Source: Podarcis filfolensis | Taxonomy: Eukaryota | Direction: 5' to 3' (one strand) | DNA: 64,000 nt | NCBI GenBank assembly: GCA_964270895.1 | Contig: OZ185435.1 | Shown here: one piece after another, positions 1 through 11,176 of the stretch | Layout of the letters: each line of letters starts with the position of its first letter | Numbering within the stretch: the stretch's first letter is position 1 | Position numbers and translations under genes: made by a program | Notes under the pieces: generated by a model | Databases searched by the model: none | What the model saw: the letters and a program-made list of their open reading frames with translations, nothing else | Told to the model about the DNA's origin: nothing

Positions 1-44
1 CTCATTTTAATATAAAAGTGAAAACTGAGGTGATACCCACATGC

Positions 45-134
45 CATAGCTGTCAACGTTTCCCTTTTTTAAAGGGGAATTCCCTTATTCCGAATAGGAT
101 TCCTCGCAAGAATAGGGAAAAGTTGACAACTATG
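45..134. mobile_element. hAT-type MITE, 90 bp
   Basis: 13-bp TIRs catagctgtcaac / gttgacaactatg; exact 8-bp TSD ccacatgc (37-44, 135-142). Confidence 0.85.
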
Positions 135-684
135 CCACATGCTTCCCAAAGGCATCTCATGAAAAACTGTGAAAACAGGATGTTGGACTAGATGGGTCAT
201 TGGCCTGATCTAGTAGGTTCATTTTACGTTCTCACCCTGCCCATTAATCTATACGGTGAATTGGTTAGGATTCCTGTTCCCCTACCCTGGTTGAGTTCAT
301 ACCTGTATATGAAACTTCCTCCTCTGTGTGAAGAGAAACAGACATTTCTTCCGAATACCCCCAGTGCTCTTCCACAACTATTATTAAAGACAGAGTATTG
401 AACTTTAGCATTTCTTATGGGAAACACTATTTGGGAATTTCGATAAGATTGATTAAGCAGTTACAAAACAAATGTAACTTTTATGGCAAGCCTTCTAGGT
501 TTAAATAAAATAAAGTAAATAAATTGGGGGAGGGGAGTGCCCAAAGCAATATCCTCTCAAATGTATTTGGGGCAGAAAAAAGTATTTCCTTAATAACTTA
601 GGGTTGGATATGGGAATTAATAGGCAGGTTGTTAGCACATTAACTACTTGTACTTTGATTTAGTTTACTTCAAAGCTTGTATAC

Positions 685-768
685 CTTTTTCTGGAGGGGC
701 TGCTTTCCTTTTGGGGACAGCAATAGATATTTTTTCTTCTGAGACAACTGTCTTTGGAACTTCTGGCA
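685..768 (-). CDS. TTN: PEVK (PPAK-type) exon
   Basis: 84 nt; VPEVPKTVVSEEKISIAVPKRKAAPPEK. Confidence 0.93.
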
Positions 769-1583
769 CTTGAAAGATAGGAAATGTAAGAAAACCACGT
801 TGTGAATTTAAAACCCTCTCTCTGAATTGTTGCTGTTGGTGGTCTTGTAAGAGGATTACAAAGAAAACTTCATAGACATTTGATATCTCAAGATTTTCTA
901 ATACAGGAGACCAACATGACAACATAATATTAAGCAGACATACATTTAGCAAAAACTTGACTATACACTTAGATAATTAACCGGCCTGCTTTTGGTTTAT
1001 GGAATTTGCTCTTTTTCAAGAACAGAAATAGTTATTTCTTATCCAAAGGCATCATAATGTAAAATATTCACTGCAGATTTTTAAACAGAAATAATATTTA
1101 TGAAATCATTTATTTTCTTTTTTTAAAAAAATAAAGGTCCGAAAGAGTGTACACTGCAGAAAACTTTCAAGAAGGACATTAAGATTCAGGACAGCTTTTA
1201 ACAGTGACAGAGAAATGTCTCACAAAACAAGAATGCCATAAGAGGTCTAAAGCACATGGCAGTTTTGCCCACATAAAAATAATATTGCAAAAGACCTTAC
1301 AAACTACACAGTCAACACAATGAAGTGCTGCAGATCAGCAAAGGCCAGCTGCTCGAAGTTGTGCAGGCAAAGTGCCTACAGGAATTCATTAACACCAGCG
1401 TTTCAAGCATCCCAGTTTAACCATAATATTCTGCATTTATTTTGACACAGAGCAGAACATTTCTGTGAAATTTAGCCAAGTTTACTTTTTCCTTATCAGA
1501 AGCAGCTGGTTCACAACTCCAGCAGGTGCCTGTTTCTGACCTATTCAAAAGCCCTCTTGCAGAGTCAGAGAAAGCAGGTGTAC

Positions 1584-1667
1584 CTTTAGCTGGTGGAGCC
1601 ACTGCTTTCTTGGGAACTGGAACGGGGACTTTCTCCTCCGGCACAGCTTTCTTTGGCACAGCTGGCA
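1584..1667 (-). CDS. TTN: PEVK (PPAK-type) exon
   Basis: 84 nt; VPAVPKKAVPEEKVPVPVPKKAVAPPAK. Confidence 0.93.
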
Positions 1668-2124
1668 CTTGAAAGATATTATTAATTTTCAGGTGACTTA
1701 AATCACGTACATGTGACACATATAAACCAGGTAACGAAACGATTCAAAGTACCGAGATCTTGACATTGTACATAAAACAAGAAAAGGTAACGCAGACTAT
1801 TTAACATAATTCGATCACTAGGGCAAAAGAAGGGATGCAAAGAGTTACCTTTGGCATACCTAAAGAAACAGGCATGCTAAAAACATTTTTTTTTGTTTGA
1901 ACAATAAATTCTTTCTCCCCCTGCTATATTCCTCTCCTATGCTATATCACAACTAGCCTTTGAAAGCTCATTCGGTTTCAAAAGTGGTTTGTTCTGCATC
2001 ATGGAGGGAAATATTTGATGACTGAGTCCCCTGGGTTTCTCGCATTTGCTGTGCAGTTCTTTAGTTCCCAAGAAATCTTAAGATACATATATATAAATTC
2101 CACAGAATTTAAAACTTTATATAC

Positions 2125-2205
2125 CTCTTTTTGGTGGAGCCTCCTCCTTCTTAGTGACTGTTACTTTTTCTTCAGTGACAACCTTTTTCTTGTGTACTTC
2201 GGTCA
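2125..2205 (-). CDS. TTN: PEVK exon
   Basis: 81 nt; VTEVHKKKVVTEEKVTVTKKEEAPPKR. Confidence 0.92.
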
Positions 2206-2534
2206 CTTAAAGACAACAAACAAAGGTAGGAATATTGCATGTGGTTCCATCTCAGAATGACAGGAATATATTTTGAATATAATTCAGTTCCGTTTAAAAA
2301 TACTGATTTATTATTTACCATATATAAAACATGAACGAGACAGTAAAAGAGACCGAGGAACTGACAACATTACTGGCAGAAGATTGAAAGAGGGGCCAAT
2401 ACGTGGGGACAGTCCCTCAAGATATTAATGTGCACGAAACCCATATAATTCTTATGTGAAATGGACCAACAAAATATATACATGACGCTGTCTAGACAAA
2501 ACACATTACTGACATGATTTTGTGTGTGTGTTAC

Positions 2535-2600
2535 CTTTGGGTGCTGGAGGTTCTTTTGCTTTAGGTGGTGCCCGTTCCTCAGGAAGCGCTTTCTTGGCCA
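2535..2600 (-). CDS. TTN: PEVK exon
   Basis: 66 nt; VAKKALPEERAPPKAKEPPAPK. Confidence 0.92.
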
Positions 2601-2808
2601 CTTAAAAATATTACAAAATTTTATAACGTTGGAGTGATTTTAACATCAACAGGAAAACACATTAAGAACTTACAACACATACATTTCACTGAGTAAATCC
2701 ACAGCCAGATTGCTTAGAGACAAGCAATTGCTCACACTTAATGCAAAAGAGATTAACATCAACTCAAATAGTTTAGATGACAGATGACCAAAAAGAAAGC
2801 ATTTTGCC

Positions 2809-2904
2809 TAGGGTTGCCATATTTCAAAAAGTAAAAACCAGGGCACCCCGAAAGTTGTTGAGCTTTTGAAATCCCAGTAATGTCTGAGACTTATGGCAAC
2901 CCTA
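2809..2904. mobile_element. hAT-type MITE, 96 bp
   Basis: TIRs tagggttgccat / atggcaacccta; exact 8-bp TSD attttgcc (2801-2808, 2905-2912). Confidence 0.9.
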
Positions 2905-2941
2905 ATTTTGCCTAAGTGAAAAAAGCAGTCTATATATATAC

Positions 2942-3025
2942 CTCTAGCTGGGGGAGCTTCCACTTTCTTGGGAACAGCAACTGGTACTTTCTTTTCTGGT
3001 TCAGGTTTCTTCCGAACCTCAGGCA
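2942..3025 (-). CDS. TTN: PEVK (PPAK-type) exon
   Basis: 84 nt; VPEVRKKPEPEKKVPVAVPKKVEAPPAR. Confidence 0.93.
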
Positions 3026-3462
3026 CTTCAGGAAGAATATTTAAGTATCAGTTATGTTCGCTGTGCATGTTATTCAAATAGTATAGAAAAATAAGGAGAT
3101 GAATCCATATTTCAATGCAAAATTCAGTCGAAATGTTCAGAGGCTAATTCTGTTTTATATACATACAGAAACACACACTAAGACATACTCATCTCTGCAC
3201 AGCAGAATCAAAAGATACACAAGGTGTTATATGAAAGCAAAATGGGCCATTGCTGGCAATTAGGGTTTTTAAAATTGAGAAAGGCACAGGAATTTGCAAA
3301 CAGGTCCTTGCCAGTCAAAAAAGATAGTTTGTAATACTTTGAGCACTACAACAACAACAAAAAAACAAGCACAAATACAATAGTAACAAGCATGGGACAG
3401 ACAGCTGTCAAACATCTATATTGAAGAGTTGATACTTTAATACCAAAGAGTTGCTGGTATAC

Positions 3463-3516
3463 CTTTAACTGGTGGGACTTCTTCATGCACTGTCTCCTCA
3501 GCGTAGTAGGCCTCTT
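3463..3516 (-). CDS. TTN: PEVK acidic exon
   Basis: 54 nt; EEAYYAEETVHEEVPPVK. Confidence 0.87.
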
Positions 3517-3669
3517 CTGTTAATGTAAAGATATTAAGAAGGTATAGTTGAATAGTTGACATGCACATGTTGATACCATTAACAAAACAAGAAAGTGACA
3601 GCTCTTACAAACACACATATATTTACTTTCATCTCATGTTACTCCTAGTACATGTGCAGGTAGGTTTAC

Positions 3670-3793
3670 TCCAGGGACAGACCTCCTGATATTGCTGGAC
3701 TACAACTCCCATAATTCCTGACCATTGGCCATGCTAGCTGGGGTCGTTGGGAGTCCAGCAAGCTCTGGAGGGCCACAGGTTCTCCATCCCTGC
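3670..3793. mobile_element. Degenerate squamate palindromic MITE (ggactacaactcccat family)
   Basis: Shares ggactacaactcccataat...ctggagggccacaggttc core with copies at 10432, 17917, 51670-51915 and 61545-61770. Confidence 0.6.
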
Positions 3794-4647
3794 TTTCCTC
3801 TCAACAGAAGCCATACTCTCTCTTCTGATTATTTCATGGGAAAAAGTGAGTAGATTACTTCCCAGTTCCCATTGAAGTCAATGTAAACCTCCACAGTGAC
3901 TTCAGCGAGAGATGACATATCTCAACTTCCTTGAAAAGGTCACATCCATGAAAGGGCCTATCTCAATGGTTCTTGTAATAAATAGGGGGAGCCTTATGAA
4001 ATGGGGTATTAGATCACATCCTTTAATTCCATAGCTCTTGGAGCAATGGCTTTAGGTAAGTTAGATTTCATGTACTTTTGTTTTGTTTAGCTCTACGTGG
4101 CTGATATGAAGGTGACTAATATTTGGAATTATTTTATAATGATAAGCAAGTAGTAGATCATATGTATGTATGAATGAATGAATAAATAATATTATCTCTT
4201 TCAAATATGTAGCTCTTTTTCTGTCTGTTTCTGGTGGTTCCAGCTTTCTTGGGAGAGTAATGAGGCTCTGAAAGTTGATCCACCCTAAATAATATGTGTT
4301 ATCTGTGTAGGAAAGTAGGAATCTTTTATTCTTATACTAATTGGCTTGCAGTGCTCTGCCTATATTTGTAAATTTGAGAAAAGAACACTTGGGTCCGTTT
4401 CTGTATTTTCATGTGAAAATAAGAATGATGGAGGGAAATAAGAAAAGAAAAAGTGTATGCACTCTTAAATTTACTCTTTTAAACCTTTGTTTGGGTTCCG
4501 AACAAAGTAAATCATATCATAAGCAGCAAATGACTGGCATAATTTCAAAAGGTCATTAAATAATTACATTCAATTCAGCCCAAAGGATATAATGGCAGAT
4601 ATTATACTATACCAACATTTGCTGCTGGCTGTTGAATTGAGGCATAC

Positions 4648-4803
4648 CTGTTACTTCAGAAATCTCTTCCTCTCTCTCATAAGAGATCTCCTCTCTCTCA
4701 TAAGAAATTTCCTCCTCCCTTTCATAAGAAATCTCCTCCTCTCTTTCATAAATTTCTTCTTCTTCCACTTCTTCCTCCTCCACCTCTTCAGGCCATTCTT
4801 CCA
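4648..4803 (-). CDS. TTN: PEVK E-rich exon with internal YEREEEIS repeat
   Basis: 156 nt; VEEWPEEVEEEEVEEEEI(YEREEEIS)x~4 EVT; donor GTATG. Confidence 0.9.
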
Positions 4804-5847
4804 CTGTTAATATTTTAAAGATGGGTTATTTTTAATTTTGCTGTGGGGTTAGATGTCCTATAACCACCCTTGCCAGGTCAGTGTAATTACTACAAACAGG
4901 CATATACAAAGGACATGAACTGATTTGCATACACAGAAACACACATTCATATCAACTGCAATTCTAGGGATCTCAGATCTTTTTCCATTACAACAGGTAC
5001 ATAAGAGAATTAATAGCAAAGTATCTACATCAAAGTTAGCTACTGCAAGGGTCTAGATGACTTGCCAAGGTCTCTTGATCTATGGAATCCTGCACTGTGG
5101 TATGTGATGACTCCATCAGGGGACAGATTCTTACAAGAAAAATCAGGTGGAGTTTTATGTAGGAAAACCCATGTCGCACTACAGGTGTCCTATGTATACA
5201 CTGTCCCTAAATCATGACTTCTTTCCACAGAGTATGGAAAGTTGAAAGGATAATGGGTTAGATCCAAAGGTGATCTTCATTTAGAAGAAAATCTTTTCCA
5301 AGCATAGTTGGACTGCTTCTGACTTAATGGAAGAACGTTGAATGACAAAATATACCCCAGATCCATAGGAGCTCCTCCACTTGCACAAGGGCATCTGTAA
5401 GACTTTGTGCAACATTTACTTCTGCCACCAAGATATAGGTGTGTCTGACTAGAATGGGGGGGGGGGGGGCTCAGCCATGAATCTCACTGGGTGAATGAGC
5501 CAATCACTATCTCTCAGCTTAACTCATCTCACTAGGTTGTTGCAAAAGCAAAGTGAAAGGAGGGACCTTGTATATCACCCTGAGATTCTTGGAAGTAGGG
5601 GATAAAATGTAATGGATAAATAATAAATGCTATTGACATTCTGGGTAACCAAGGAATTGGATCTGAGAAAAGACATTTCATCTGAGGAGCTTGCCTGGGT
5701 GTCAGATGTTATACAAATGTCCAGAGACACACAAACACAAAACTGTAATGGCAGGTGTTAACAGGGAAGACCAGTGAAGAGCAGCGACAACAAAAAGCGC
5801 CTAAAAACAGTTAAATTCCTCACAGTTCTAATTATTTGCAAATATAC

Positions 5848-5952
5848 CTTCAGGTGGTGGAGCTTCCACTCTTTTAGAAATGGCAACAGATACTTTTTCT
5901 TCTGAAACAAATCTTTTCTCTTCTAGAACAGCTCTCTTAGACACCTCAGGCA
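5848..5952 (-). CDS. TTN: PEVK exon
   Basis: 105 nt; VPEVSKRAVLEEKRFVSEEKVSVAISKRVEAPPPE. Confidence 0.93.
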
Positions 5953-6364
5953 CTTTAAAAGACATTAAACGCATTGAGTTTTAATGGGGATATACAGATT
6001 CCTGACTGACATCTGAGGAGGTTTGTCTGAACACTTGTGCAACTAACAACCGCAAAACGGACAAGTAAACTACATACTGTTCTTTACTAGGCAACATACA
6101 AAGTAAAGCTAATACAGAACTGCAAAACAAACATAAGCAAATCGTCCCCTCTTGACAGGGATGGGGAAGCTTTCTCAGTCTGAGGGCTGCCTTCTCTTTG
6201 GGGCAAGCTTCCGGGGGACACATATCAGTGGTGCACAGGGCCAGAGACAAATGTGCAGAGAGGAACTAATGTGAATTTGACAGTAGGTCAGTTTGTACAC
6301 ACACTCACCAACCCTGCTTTATTATCCATCCATCTAAGCATCCATCCCAGCCAGGCAAAAATAC

Positions 6365-6631
6365 CTCATGTGGCCAGCATGACTAAACCACTTCTAGCAC
6401 AACGGAACACTGTGACAGAAATCAGAGTGCATGGAAATGCTGTTTACCTTCCCACCGCAGAGGTACCTATTTATCTACTTGCACTGGTGTGCTTTCGAAC
6501 TGCTAGGTTGGCAGGAGCTGGAACAGAGCAATGGGAGCTCACCCCATCGCGCGTGGGGATTTGAACCGCCAACCTTCTGACTGGCAAGCCCAAGAGGCTC
6601 AGTGGCTTAGACCACAGCGCCACCCGCGTCC
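6365..6631 (-). mobile_element. Sauria SINE, 3'-truncated
   Basis: Reverse complement starts ggacgcgggtggcgctgtggtctaagccactgagcc (tRNA-derived head), then ggttcaaatcccc B-box-like and gtagataaataggtacc core; near-paralogous to 8955-9313. Confidence 0.85.
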
Positions 6632-6899
6632 TTTTACTCAAGGAGGATACAAAGCATGGCCGATGAGGTATGTGACCTTGGGAGTGTATGTGGCTTGAGA
6701 AGTGTTTTGAAGACCAGATAGAGAAGCCCACAGGGCTGTATTTGGCCCCCAGATCTAAGGTTCCCCATTCCTGCCCTATGAAAATATGTTGAACAGCAAG
6801 CAACGTGACATGGTACAAAACATAACATGATGGTCAGCATACGAAAGAAAGGTAAAAGCTCTTTTAGATAATAAGACCACTGACCACTTAAATGCATAC

Positions 6900-6983
6900 C
6901 TCTGGCTGGGGGAGCTTCCACCTTTTTGGGAACCGCAACAGGTAATTTTTCTTCAGGGATGACTTTCTTAGGTACCTCAGGCA
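6900..6983 (-). CDS. TTN: PEVK (PPAK-type) exon
   Basis: 84 nt; VPEVPKKVIPEEKLPVAVPKKVEAPPAR. Confidence 0.93.
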
Positions 6984-7130
6984 CTTTAAAGAGACCATTT
7001 AGTTTTAGAATTTTTTTGAAGTGGCAAGAATGATGTTAAAAGTACAGATTTCGGCTACAAAGAAGAGGCAGCAACTAAAAAGATATAGAGGACATTTAAA
7101 TAATGGTGCCGATGTAAAAGACCAATGGTC

Positions 7131-7563
7131 TTTTGGGTTTTTTAATTAAATTTTAATTTTATTTAACATAATTGTTACAAAATATAAGCAAAACGCTGCA
7201 AATACATACACACATATACACTTCAAATAAGCATATATACATGAAAAAAGGAACAAAAGAGAAGAAAAGAAAAAAGAGGAAGAAAAAATAAAGAGAAAAG
7301 AAGAACAAAAGTTGGAAGAATTTCTTCCAAATTTCTTCTACAAATATCTCAATATGAAAATAATAATAAAATTTAATTGATTGACTTCCATCGCTTACAC
7401 TGCACTTCCTATATACATTTTAAGCAAGATTGTATCTGTTATTCCGTATTTTTCCCATACAATCTCACACAAATATTCTTATCAATAAGTTTTCTAAACC
7501 TTTCATAAATCTATTCTAAACACAACCAATACCTTACATTTAATCCTTGTCTGCATTTGACTG
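7131..7563 (-). mobile_element. 5'-truncated LINE 3' end (probably L1-like)
   Basis: T-rich tail at the left end; flanking direct repeat caatggtc(tttt) at 7123-7130 and 7564-7571; family not identified with certainty. Confidence 0.5.
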
Positions 7564-7623
7564 CAATGGTCTTTTTGTTATGTTCTGTTCTGTTTTGTTT
7601 GTTTGTTTTGAAGTAGAGCATAC

Positions 7624-7695
7624 CTTTAGCTGGAGGAGCTTCTTCCCTTTTGCGTAGCCGCGGCACTTTTTCTTCAGGGACCGCTTTCTCAGGTA
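7624..7695 (-). CDS. TTN: PEVK (PPAK-type) exon
   Basis: 72 nt; VPEKAVPEEKVPRLRKREEAPPAK. Confidence 0.92.
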
Positions 7696-7912
7696 CTTTT
7701 AATAATTTTAAAACGAGAATATGTAAGAATATGTAGAGACTAAGAGATCATAATGGCTATTATCAACAACTATACACAAACATATGGTGCATAGGACTCA
7801 AATATGAAATGAACATACATATGATTAAGAGGACGATGCAAAGAGAGAAACAAAAGAGTCTTAAGATTTAGTTTTATATATTTTTCAAAGATATAAGATT
7901 TGAGTCTTGTAC

Positions 7913-7984
7913 CTTTGGGTGGGGGAGGCACTTTCTTCTTTGGAACAGGAACCTTTTCTTCTACTTTCTTAGGTACCTCTGGCA
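7913..7984 (-). CDS. TTN: PEVK (PPAK-type) exon
   Basis: 72 nt; VPEVPKKVEEKVPVPKKKVPPPPK. Confidence 0.93.
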
Positions 7985-8328
7985 CTTTGAAAAAAACATC
8001 AGAGTTATGAATATTGGGATCGAATATTGCTAACTATTATAAAGTGAGGAGCAGGGTCCTATATCAAGTTGTGAGATCACTTACAAGTGAACTGGGCACT
8101 TTACTGAATTTAGATGTGTTACGATAACATTGCACACTGTCCGTTTAGTGTTCTGGTGTTTAACTGAAGAACATTTGTTAATGAAGATGCTGTTGAGCAA
8201 CGAACAAATATAGGAAGACGACGATTACGACATGAAAACAATCACTGCTGAGGGACCTCAGATCTTTTCACGACACGTCATTTGAAGCAACAAATGAAAA
8301 GAGCTGCTTATGAGCGGTGGTCTCATAC

Positions 8329-8409
8329 CTTTAGCAGGTGGCTCCACTTTTTTAGGAACAGGAACAGGTGCTTTTTCTTCTGGGACTGGCTTTTTAGGTA
8401 CTTCGGGCA
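8329..8409 (-). CDS. TTN: PEVK (PPAK-type) exon
   Basis: 81 nt; VPEVPKKPVPEEKAPVPVPKKVEPPAK. Confidence 0.93.
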
Positions 8410-8730
8410 CTTTAAAGATATCAAAAGTAGATTCTGAGAATCACCCAGACACATAACAACTGATCAATGACATCTCACACTTTGTGATTACATTTCACAA
8501 CAAGGAAGAGATGGTATTTTGGAAAGGAATGCTCTAACCCAGAAGAACCTCCATTTAAGATTCCCTGTGGGCAGCAGCCCAAACACCCACATATTCAACA
8601 CATTAGCTTTGGTAACCAAACACAGAAAGACGCTGGATTTGTAAAACTCATTCCAAACGGTGGTTGCATATGGGGGACAAAGCACAGGGGACAAAGGTTC
8701 TTTGGGTGGCTTTCGTTTCAAGAAAAGTAC

Positions 8731-8814
8731 CTTTAGCTGGGGGTGCCGGTTCTTTCTTGGGAACAGCAGCAGGCTTTCTTTCTTCTGGCGTAGGTTTCTT
8801 AGGCACCTCTGGCA
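8731..8814 (-). CDS. TTN: PEVK (PPAK-type) exon
   Basis: 84 nt; VPEVPKKPTPEERKPAAVPKKEPAPPAK. Confidence 0.93.
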
Positions 8815-8954
8815 CTTGATCATTAAAAAAAGAGAGGTTTTAGAACTTGGAACTCCTGTTTGAGGCCCGACATCCAAGATTGCACAGAAATATATGGAGA
8901 GAAGCAGAAGCGAGATAAATGGCATATCAAGGCATCAAGCGAAAGCTGTTAATA

Positions 8955-9313
8955 AAGAGTTAAATGTACCCCTGACAATTAGGTTCAGTCGTTGACGACT
9001 CTGGGGTTGCGTGCTCAACTCGCTCTGTAGGCCAAGGGAGCCGGCGTTTGTCCGCAGAGAGCTTCCGGGTCATTTGGCCAACATGACTAAGCGCTTCTGG
9101 AGAACCAGAGCAGTGCACGGAAATGCCGTTTACTTTCCTGCAAGAGCGGTACCTATTTATCTACTTGTACTTTGACGTGCTTTCAAATTGCTAGGTTGAC
9201 AGGAGCTGGGACCGAGCAACGGGAGCTCACCCCGTAGCGGGGATTTGAATGGCCGATCTTTCGATCCGCAAGCCCTAGGCTCTGTGGTTCAGACCACAGC
9301 ACCACCCGCATCC
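8955..9313 (-). mobile_element. Sauria SINE, full length
   Basis: Full head-to-tail Sauria SINE sequence; 14-bp TSD gaaagctgttaata (8941-8954) / taaatctgttaata (9314-9327), 12/14 match. Confidence 0.9.
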
Positions 9314-9792
9314 TAAATCTGTTAATAGGTAAGGGTAATCTATCATGAAAAAAGCTGCACTGGCACACATCCCATTTTGATCCACAAAATTGTGTGTCTG
9401 TATGAGTGCCTTCTATACACGGCATGCAAATCTAACAGTTATCATACCATGCAGAAGACATTACGCTAACAAAGCAAAATGCCCAGACAGCTGGGGGGAT
9501 TTCCCCAATGGCTGCCTGGTCATGTACACTCTGTTCTCACTGCCCAGGGATGGCAACTGAGCATGAGGGACCACAACAGGCACCCACCCAGGAAGGAGTA
9601 AGCGTCCATTACATTACAAAGCAAAATTTAGCAAATGAATATTGGCCATCACTAAAGTACATGTATATTATATACACTTTGCTTGCAGAAAAAGACCACA
9701 AAGCCACCTATGTAACACATGGACACATTTTAGAGCATGGAGAAGAGTTCAGATAAGCAAGATGGCGGGATCAGCTCTGACAATGGATGTAC

Positions 9793-9873
9793 CTTTAGCT
9801 GGCGGAGCCTCTACTTTCGGAGGAGGAGCAGGTTTTTTCTTTTCTGGGACTGGTTTCTTTGGCACCTCAGGCA
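9793..9873 (-). CDS. TTN: PEVK (PPAK-type) exon
   Basis: 81 nt; VPEVPKKPVPEKKKPAPPPKVEAPPAK. Confidence 0.93.
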
Positions 9874-10182
9874 CTTTAAAGACACACAGGTATAAAAGTT
9901 TTAGAGAAGTGCTACAGGCCTACAGTTGTTCATAGCCCTGAAGAAAATGTTTGAAATGCCAGCATGGATTTAAAACCATGTATCTATTTAATAAAGACAG
10001 TTATGGCTATTGAAGATTAAACCCGCGTATAACGTTTAATATGTAGGATCTTAGTTGTAAAGGTGTCTTTCTGATGCAGTAGCACAGCCACATTTTGGGC
10101 TGTGTGTTTATCAATCATCTAGAAGATACACAGGCAAGAGAACTGTCTGAGATATTGTTATTATTGCACATATATTATTCAC

Positions 10183-10248
10183 CTTTAGCCGGCGGGGCCT
10201 CCACTTCCTTGGGAACTTTTTGTTCTGCTCTCTTCCTCACCTCAGGAA
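10183..10248 (-). CDS. TTN: PEVK (PPAK-type) exon
   Basis: 66 nt; VPEVRKRAEQKVPKEVEAPPAK. Confidence 0.92.
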
Positions 10249-10431
10249 CTTTAAAGATATTAATTTTGGGTTAATCAGATGATAGTGGTCATCAGAGCCA
10301 CCCTCACATTATATTTTTAAAACCTTACAGGCTTTTGTGACACATGTAAACATACATAAGCACCCAAATCTGATCAACAAGGATATAAAATAACTGCAGA
10401 TATCAAGTTCTTAATGGATAAGAGTTTAAAC

Positions 10432-10568
10432 CAGGGTTTCCCAAAACTTGGGTCTCCAGCTGTTTTTGGACTACAACTCCCATAATCCCTAGCTAGCAGG
10501 ACCAGTGGTCATGGTTGATGGGAATTGTAGTCCAAAAACAGCTGGGGACCTAAGTTTGGGAAACCCTG
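10432..10568. mobile_element. Palindromic hAT-type MITE, 137 bp
   Basis: TIRs cagggtttccc / gggaaaccctg; long internal inverted arms; TSD gtttaaac / gtttaaat. Confidence 0.85.
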
Positions 10569-10639
10569 GTTTAAATAAACTCACATACTAAAATTGTAGT
10601 AGTAATAATAATAATAATATTAATAATAATATAATCTAC

Positions 10640-10702
10640 CTTTGGGAGGTGGAACTTCAGGTGCTTCCACATAGAACCTTTCCTCATCGTACTCATCTGG
10701 TT
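10640..10702 (-). CDS. TTN: PEVK acidic exon (copy B of a local duplication)
   Basis: tttaaag|63 nt|GTAGAT; EPDEYDEERFYVEAPEVPPPK. Confidence 0.85.
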
Positions 10703-11125
10703 CTTTAAAGAGAATTATGAGATTAAAAAGTTACATTTACCCTCCATTTTAGATAATACTGAAATGCTACATGTAGACCTATTAAGATGATGGATGAATT
10801 TGTGGAAGAAAAAATTGCTCCTGCTATCCACACCTCTAAGCGTCCATCTGATCTTTTGTATGGAGTCTAGGTGTGGACAAATTGTATGTGCTTAGGCTCT
10901 TTCCACACAGTGCTTGCAAATCTGGGAGCAACAATTCCTGGCATGATCTTAAGTCCCACCACCCAACATATCGGTCATCTGAATAGTGATAAAGACATGC
11001 CCAAACCCAAGGAAGTATCAACGACGGTGTACAATGACAGCTACACATTTCAACAGTTAACAGGTTAGATGAACTCGAATGGTACAAAATAATATAGAAC
11101 TGATTTGGAAAAAGAGCGAATCTAC

Positions 11126-11176
11126 CTTCAGTTGGATATTCCACATAGAAGCTGTCCTCTTCATACTCTTCTGGTT
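11126..11176 (-). CDS. TTN: PEVK acidic exon (copy A of a local duplication)
   Basis: tttaaag|51 nt|GTAGAT; EPEEYEEDSFYVEYPTE. Confidence 0.8.

Noticed and set aside
6253-6818. 100-115-aa ORFs at 6253-6564 and 6471-6818, and a similar peptide at 9183-9425
   Set aside because: They overlap Sauria SINE copies; the shared peptide reflects SINE sequence, not a duplicated gene.
685-10248. Regularly recurring ~80-nt similar segments, superficially like a CRISPR or repeat-spacer array
   Set aside because: They are spliced PEVK exons with AG/GT ends and codon-level divergence. The DNA is vertebrate and there are no cas genes.
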